Made by a program: the position numbers and the translations under genes. This document shows positions 57,055-64,000 of a stretch of 64,000 bases of DNA, piece after piece. The notes under the pieces are model-generated. The model did not search any database. It saw only the letters and a list, made by a program, of their open reading frames with translations, and was not told the origin of the DNA. How positions within the stretch are numbered: the first letter of the stretch is position 1; every line of letters begins with the position of its first letter. Source of the stretch: Vitrella brassicaformis CCMP3155 (Eukaryota > Protista > Chromerida). Location of the stretch: assembly GCA_001179505.1 (NCBI GenBank), contig CDMY01000336.1, forward strand, positions 310,001 to 374,000. Direction: 5' to 3'.

Positions 57055-59864
57055 TTATGCAAGCTGTCTATCGCTGACGATGCCGTGCTGCTTGAGGATC
57101 GTCTGGCTGACTCGCTGCACCACCTCCTTCTGCAAAACCAGCTCCTGCTCACCATCCATCTCAAAGATGAAGAAGCCCTCCGTGCCACTGCTGCCGCTGG
57201 TGCTGCTGCTGCTGCCCCCCTCAGCAGCACCTCCCCCAGCAGCCCCAGGATTGGCTGCATTATCACAAGCCAGCCCCCGTTGGCTGACAGGCAGGTCGTC
57301 TCTGTCCTCGAGCATGGTGACGAGGTGTTGGAGGTTCTTGACCTTGATCCCGTTCACCTTGTGGACCCTAGTGTGCTTGAGCTCGTAGCCCGATGTGATG
57401 TCGGAGGCCAGGATCTGGCTGACGATGACCACCTCCTCCCCCTCCTCCTTCTTGAAGTACTCCTGCAGCAGCTGGAGCAAAGCCGTCGGTGCGTTAGACA
57501 TGTACTTGCGCTGCCCGAACTCCTCGCGCAAATAATCCAGCGTCAAAGGGGTGAACACCAAACCACCTGAAGGGAAGGGACAAACAAACAAGTATCTGCA
57601 CATACATGAATTGGATGAGGCGGTGCTCTGTGCCATGTGTGCGTGTGTTGGCTGGGGTGAGCTGACTGACCGTATATGAAGTATCTGGGCGTCTTGTCCC
57701 ACTGGTGCTCAGGAATGAGTGAGTTGGAGGGGACCAGCGGGACAGAGATGTTGAGGACCCTGCCGTCCCGCAGGATCGTCAGCTCCACCTCCTCATCAGG
57801 GAACTTGTCCAGCAGCGCATACGACAGGCCCACCCGCTCCATGTTCCGAAACACTATGGTGCCTGCAGAAAGCAGCCAAGACAGGAAGGAACAGAGAAAG
57901 GACACATGATGCCAACGAGCCCCTTCGCTCATGCCTTGCATCTCTCTCTCTCCCACCCAGCTGACTGACCGTCGTCGGCCACGTCGTTGCCCGCAATGGC
58001 CATGATGACGTCCCGTTTCTTGAGAACAGTGCTGGTGCTGTTTGTGGTGCTGTCGCTGTCGACCTTGCCCTTCCTGGAGGGGTCCACCTGGCACACCACG
58101 ATGCCCGTCGCCGACACACCAGCAGGCAGGTCCTCCACCCTCACATCCGTCATGCCCAAATACTTGCGGAAGGATGGGTTCTCGAGCGTTTGGTAGATGA
58201 TGCCCAGCGTCACAAATCCTGCACACACACAGCAGCACAGCAGAGGGGATCATGATATACACACGTGTGGGGACAGACAGCTACTCTGTTGGTGACGTGT
58301 CTGTGTCGGTCGGTGTCTGACCAGTGTATTTGTGGTGCTGCTCGAGGTCTTTCAAGAACCGATTCACCACCACTGTCGGGATAATGTAGCCTGCACACGC
58401 CAAACCGACACATGACAACCACACCACAGTGCTCATTCCACGTGTTCGTCCCGCCCCGCCTGGGCTGCTCGACTGCCTGGCACACCGCCCCGCACCCACT
58501 GACCCACCGATGCTCTGCGCCTCGTCATATCCCTGGAAAGCCACGCCCACCACCTTGCCATCCTTGTTGACCGCCGGGCCCCCCGAGTTGCCCGCATTGA
58601 TGGCCGCATCAATCTGGGTGCACAGCAGCCTGAAGTTGCCGTGCGTGTAGCTCAGGATGTCGTTCCTGGACACAACGCCAGCCGTGATACACAGGGAGTC
58701 GCCGCCCATCGGGTACCCCACAACCACCAAAGGGTCCTGCAGCATCGGAGTCTCGCCGAAGGTCAGTGGGTTGACGTCCTTCCCTGCATGTTCGCACAGC
58801 ATACATGGAGGCAGGCAGGCAGACAGGTGGGACGTGGGTACGGTGCAGACGTGTGCGTATCGCATGTGGGTGGTGTTGGTGTGTGTGCGTATGTACAGAA
58901 TTCCTCGTCGTCGACTGTCACGACGGCCAGATCGCATTCGTGACCCGAGGCAATGAGGCGTGCCGGGTACTTCTTGGCGTCCCCATGCTTCCTTATCAAT
59001 ATCCGATTCTGCACGCACACGTGTAAACCAACCATACCCACCCACACTCAGACGCACACACCGGCACCGCACACGTCTGTTTCCCTACCTACCTGGTTAG
59101 CCACCACGTGCGCATTGGTGATGATGCGCCGATCCTCAATGATAAAACCTGACAACCAACAACCATCCAATCCAATACCAAATCAATCGGCCCCTTGTCT
59201 GATGTCTGGTGTCAGATCAGTCACCTGATCCGGTGGTTTTGGTTTGCCTCCTCATTTGCCATGGCATGGCGAAACTCGGGTCGGTGTAGTCGACAAACAC
59301 CTTGACCACCGAGGGAAAGATCGCATTGAAGCCGCCCTCTGCGGAGACGAGAGGCTGTGGGTGGGGCTGTGCATGTGGCGGCACGTCTGGCCGGAGGACC
59401 TCATCCTGCTCACTCTCCTCCCGCGGCTCGATGCCCACACGGATGTCGCCTCCAGCCGCATGAAGCGCACTCAGCGACATACATCGTGCTGCCGAGGGCC
59501 GCCAATGCATGCTACCGCCGCTGCAGCCGCCGTGGCTCCTGCATGACCGCAGAAGGGAGGATGCGAGCGTGGTGGCCGCTGACGGGTGCTGCTGCCTCAA
59601 AGAATGGGACGTGTGCCTGCGTGCGGTGTGCTGCGCCCTCCGGTTGGCCGTGAATGCCATGACGGCCGGCGAGGGAAGGAAGCCGCTGTTAGCCGCCGCG
59701 ATGTTCTTGTGCCGTCGTGCATGTTGGTGCAGCGCCGATGCGCCCATTGCGGCCTGCGCCTTGCGAGCGGATATCCCGCTGCCACTCATCAGCATGATGA
59801 AAGCTGAGAAGAAGGCGGGCCAGATCTGCGATGAGAACCACCGTCGTGCTTTTCCCTTGGGCAT
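57055..59864 (-). CDS. DEGP: Deg/HtrA trypsin-like serine protease with PDZ domains (plant Deg2/9/10-like)
   Basis: PSVVKVF...PWQ...[13 protein letters not shown] (His), GHECDLAVV (Asp), [35 protein letters not shown] (Ser). PDZ-like [14 protein letters not shown]...DVIMAIAG and [13 protein letters not shown]...[12 protein letters not shown]. Hydrophobic/basic N-terminal extension suggests organellar targeting. Confidence 0.93.
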
Positions 59865-59995
59865 CCTCCTTCTCCCTCCCCTCTAAGCTCGCAGCCTCTT
59901 CGCGAGCTTTCCATAGGGCAGCAGAGGGCGCCAAAAAAAGGCCATTTGGTTTGAGAGTGACCGCCTGTTGAAGCGTTCGTGTAACTGTTGCTGCC
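59865..59995. promoter_or_regulatory. Short divergent promoter region between the Deg protease and DBT
   Basis: Head-to-head ATGs about 130 bp apart. Contains CTCTAAGCTCGC (59881-59892), the reverse complement of GCGAGCTTAGAG at 8568-8579. Confidence 0.5.
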
Positions 59996-62810
59996 ATGGC
60001 GACGCGCATCAGTAGTATGTGCATCCGCGGCCTCGGCGCCCTCCCGGGGCGCTTTGCGACGTCGCTGCCCAACCATCTGGCCACATACAAATTCCATGTA
60101 AGCGACAAAAGCTGACGGGACACAGGGGGTCACGATAAGAGGCTGTGGGAGGGTGCGTATGGATGATGGATGGTATGCTGGTGGCACCCGTTGGTGTGAT
60201 GTGTGACCTGTCAGAAATGGCTCAACACATCGCCTGCTCGTCTGGGATTGGTCACCTTCAAATTGGCCGATATCGGAGAAGGTAGGTATCCATCCATTGG
60301 CTGAGGGCCTGAGGACCACAACCAGCGGCGTGACTGCATGCAATCCTCCATTCATTCACTGCTGTGTGTGTCGTCTCGTCTGTGTTGTGCAGGCATTGCT
60401 GAGGTGGAGCTGCTCAAGAACTACAAAAAAGTGGGCGAGGAGATCGAAGAGGTGGGTGAGCCACACAGAGATGTGAGTGACGCGTGTAGGCCATTGTGTG
60501 AAAGATCCTGCCTGCATCCAATCCATCCCTTTCCTTTGGTTTGATCCCATCCCATCAGATGGAGCAGGTGTGCGAGGTGCAGAGTGACAAGGCTGCCGTG
60601 GAGATCACCAGTCGCTACAGCGGCCTGATCAAGAAGATATACAACAACGAAGGCGACGTCATCAAAATCGGCGCACCACTCATGGACATCGAAGTCGAGG
60701 GCGAGGGTCAGCCAGCCAACCGACAAAGCCCACCAATGACCATCCTCGCTCTATGCCATCCTTCTAATTGTGTGGTGTGTGCGTCTGCACAAAGGTGATG
60801 ATGAGGCGCCCGAGCCAGTGGCTGAAGCCCCGAAGGCCCCGCCCAAGGAGGCGCCCAAGGCGGCCGCCCCCGCTGCTGGTGCCGGCAAGAAGGGCGGGGA
60901 GGCTGCACCGGCCGTCAGACGACTCGCTAAGGAACTGGGGGTCGACCTCGCCAACGTGGCGGTCAGTGAGTGAGGGGGGGAGGCTAGCCATCAATCTTTA
61001 CGTGAGATACTGATGCTGATGTGTCGGTGGTTGGTTCGTATATCAGGGCTCTGGCAAGGGTGGCCGCATCACCAAGGAAGATGTCGAGGCCGCTGCCAAG
61101 GTGGGTAAGAGACGCACCCACCGGTGTCTGGCCATGGCAGACCGAACAGAAATGCCTCTCTCTGATGCTCTCTCTGTGCAGGGTGGTGCCCCGGCGGCAT
61201 CCCCCGCTGGTGCTGTTGGTGCTGCGGCCACACCAATCATCACACTGCCCACTCGACCGCCCAAGGAGAATGTGTATGTGACGGGAGAAATGGCTACTGC
61301 CTCACACCCCTCTCGGCCCATTTGCTGCCTGTCTGTGTGTCTGGTCTGCAGTGAGGTGCCGATTCGTGGGTTCGCCCGCGCTATGGTCAAGGTAAGGCGT
61401 TCGTGGACCCGATGTCAGTCGGAAAGACGGCAGCCAGTCTGCCTCTGCCGTATGGTGGTTGTTGTGTCGGTGTCAGAGCATGGAGGCCTCCCTCAAGGTG
61501 CCGCACATGAACGTTGGTGACGAGATCGACGTGTCCAAATTGGTGACAAGAAAGAAAGAACCTTGATACACACACACACACACGCACACACACGTGTACC
61601 GGCTACTGCGTGCTTCTGACTCCTTGCTGCCCCCTCCCCTCCCCTCCCCCCTCAGATGGAGTTGCGGGCTGAGTTGCGCCCCGTGGTTGAGAAGACGTTT
61701 GGTCTGAAGCTGACGGTGACGCCCCTCGTCATCAAGGCCTTCTCCCTCGCCCTACTCAAGTACCCCATACTCAACTCCAAAATCGACCCATCCGGCGACA
61801 AGGTCGGTGCTTCCACGGAGGGGGAGGGAACACAGCCACCGTCTGTTTCCCTGTTCCCTCTTGGTCTGTTCATTCATTCAGTACACTCAATTCGGTTCGC
61901 ACAACATATCGATGGCCATCGACACGCCCAACGGTGAACGATCGACGCAGAAAGAGACTGTCATGATGGCTTTGCGTTGTATGTATGCCTGTTGTGGCCC
62001 GCCCCTTCCGTCAGGTCTGGTGGTGCCCAACATCAAGAACGTACAGGACCTCAACGTCGTGGAGATCCAGTCGGAGCTCTCCAGGCTCCAGAAACTGGTG
62101 GGCGGGGTGGACATGGCCATGCCATCACACACACACGATGGGCCGCTGATCTGATTGTGTGGGTGTGTGTGTGGCAGTCTCAAGACAACAAGTTGTCGAA
62201 TGCGGACCTGACGGGCGGCACGGTGTCGATATCCAACGTGGGGGTCATCGGCGGCACATACGTCAAGGCCATCCTATTCGACGGACAGGCAAGCAAAGCA
62301 AAGCATGGTGGCACCCTCACAGCCAGCCGGCCAGGGCAGACAGACAGACAGACAGACAGACCAGCTCACACACGCGATGGATGGATGGACCATCATGATT
62401 TTCCTTCCTGCCTGCCTGCCTGCCTGTCTGTCCTATCCCATCTCATATATCAGGCCTTGATTTTCGCCCTCGGCAAGACGCAGGCGCTGCCGCGCTTCGA
62501 TGACAAGGGAACGGTAGGCGCCGCACCCCCGCCGACAGCTAGCTCTGCGGTCTCATTGATTGGTTGATTGTGTGTGTGCAGGTGGTGAAGTCTCAGGTGA
62601 TGAATGTCGGCTACTCTGCCGACCACCGGCACGTTGATGGGGCCACGGTGGCACGATTCGCGACAGAGTGAGTTGCAAGCAGAAAGGCCAGACGCGTCAC
62701 CACATCGATCGGCACTGGTTGATGCTCTTGTCTTGTCTGTGTGTGTCTGGTCTGTCAGGCTGAAGATGTACCTCGAGAATCCCGGCATGATGCTCCTGCG
62801 CATGGCCTGA
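59996..62810 (+). CDS. DBT: Branched-chain alpha-keto acid dehydrogenase E2 subunit (dihydrolipoamide branched-chain transacylase), mitochondrial
   Basis: Presequence [20 protein letters not shown]. Lipoyl domain [15 protein letters not shown]...[20 protein letters not shown]3-binding [16 protein letters not shown]...[13 protein letters not shown]. Catalytic [40 protein letters not shown] and LENPGMMLL*. Confidence 0.95.
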
Positions 62811-63708
62811 TCGACATTGTCAATGATAGACGGACAGATCGGAATCGCTGTTTCTCGTTGACTGTGTGGTGTGTTGATGCATTTGTGGGCGGGGCTGCCG
62901 GCATGGCATTCACACCCGACGCCCGGCCACACGGTCGGGTGTGAATCCTCATGTTGGCAGCCCCGATCATGCTGCACAACAAACAACACACACAAATGAC
63001 ATGCCTACTCGGTCTCCCTCTCTCTCTCTCTGTGTGTGTCTGTCTGTCTGTCTGAGTGTGTTTTAACTGGCTCATTTGGTCGATTGATCGATTGCTTGAT
63101 GCACACTTACGGCAATTTTGCTGGGGACTGACCGTGACCGAGTGTTTTCAGTTCCGCCTGTTTTGCGTGCTCGGTTGGATGGCCGCCAATGCGTCAGCTG
63201 CATGAAAGGGCCGACCGCTCAGACAGACCGATGACCGCTGCCTGCTCACCGCACTATCTGTCCATCCCATGACAGCCAGGCAGCCTATGGATGGCCATCA
63301 ATCAACGGTGTCGCTCGCCTACAGATACGATACATGCGTACGCACATATATAGCTTAGCTAGGGATTGCAATCAATGACCTGCCTGCCTGCGTTGGATGG
63401 ATGGCTGGCTGGATGGATGGATGTGTGTGTGTACAGATGTTAGTGCGTGGGTAGCTTAGCGTGGGCAATGGATGCATCAATCAATGGATTGTGTTGGTTG
63501 GCGTGACGTGACGTATATTCGGGTGTGCTCTGTGTCTCACAGACGGCCTGGCCTGTGTATGTATGTATTCAATGCCAACCCATGGACCACGCAAAACTCA
63601 AACATGGTCTTCCACCCACCCATCCCGTCCCATCCCATCCCATCCAGCCAAGACGACGTCAGTCAGGCAGCCCTCTGTACACTCACACACTCACACACAC
63701 CATGCCTC

Positions 63709-64000
63709 CTACTCTTCGCTCCACTTCTTCACGCTGGCCCATCTATCCCTGGGCCGACTCATCTGACCCTCACTCCTCCCTTCAACACCACCACTCATAC
63801 CACCGCCAGAGCTGCTCATGAACACACGTCGAGGGGGCGGGGGGGGCGCTGAGGCCAGCACAACACGACGAGAGCCCTTCGTATGGTGCATCGGTGGCGG
63901 CTCCTCGGCACCCTCATCATCCGAGTCGGCGAAAACCTTCCGGCGGCCGGCGAATGGGAAGAGCCGCCCGCTGTCGGTATCAGGCAGGCGCCGCTTCGTG
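63709..64000 (-). CDS. Possible 3' end of a gene entering from the right edge
   Basis: The frame is open from the window end to TAG at 63709 (…KVFADSDDEGAEEPPP…WASVKKWSEE*). Low complexity, no domain. Confidence 0.3.
   Translation of the reverse strand, partial: TKRRLPDTDSGRLFPFAGRRKVFADSDDEGAEEPPPMHHTKGSRRVVLASAPPPPPRRVFMSSSGGGMSGGVEGRSEGQMSRPRDRWASVKKWSEE

Noticed and set aside
62820-63700. Several 60-130 aa ORFs downstream of DBT
   Set aside because: They lie in SSR-rich 3' UTR/intergenic sequence with no codon bias, splice consistency or motifs.
1-64000. Tandem short repeats as possible CRISPR arrays or telomeric repeats
   Set aside because: They are di- to penta-nucleotide microsatellites without unique spacers or cas genes, and no TTAGGG/TTTAGGG arrays are present.
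1-64000. tRNA, rRNA, snoRNA or intact transposase/reverse-transcriptase genes
   Set aside because: No recognisable cloverleaf, rRNA, box C/D pair, DDE, RT or Rep/Hel motifs seen by eye. tRNAscan-SE, Infernal and RepeatModeler would be needed to exclude them formally.

Overview
Intron-rich, GC-rich eukaryotic genomic DNA. Introns are short GT-AG introns full of (CA)n, (GTCT)n, (CCAT)n and (CCCT)n microsatellites, two proteins carry bipartite 'ASAF' plastid leaders, and there is an intronless ankyrin-family gene. The style is most consistent with the chromerid alga Vitrella brassicaformis; this is an inference from sequence style, not a database match. About 19 protein-coding loci can be supported: a coiled-coil protein, a SCY1-like pseudokinase, a Dbp7/DDX31 DEAD-box helicase (cut by a gap), an ankyrin-repeat protein (frameshifted), a plastid-targeted atypical thioredoxin-like protein, a large EF-hand-like/WD40 protein, an LRRC43-like protein, a small hypothetical, a Venus-flytrap/Cys-rich/multi-TM receptor-like protein, a polycystin-1-like WSC-REJ-GPS-5TM protein, a plastid-targeted Mpv17/PMP22 protein, a GH47 alpha-1,2-mannosidase, DRC10/IQCD, a second coiled-coil protein, SUZ-like and TSR-like fragments flanking a gap, a Deg/HtrA protease, BCKDH E2 (DBT), and a possible gene end at the right edge. 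The most striking unexplained signal is a fragment of the RNA polymerase I second-largest subunit (RPA2) at about 53.35-54.01 kb. It is absent from the ORF track because it is broken almost entirely by repeated 4-bp tandem duplications; removing them restores the conserved motifs and a splice phase. No rRNA, tRNA, CRISPR array or intact transposon was recognised. Exon boundaries were read by eye, so gene-model limits are approximate.
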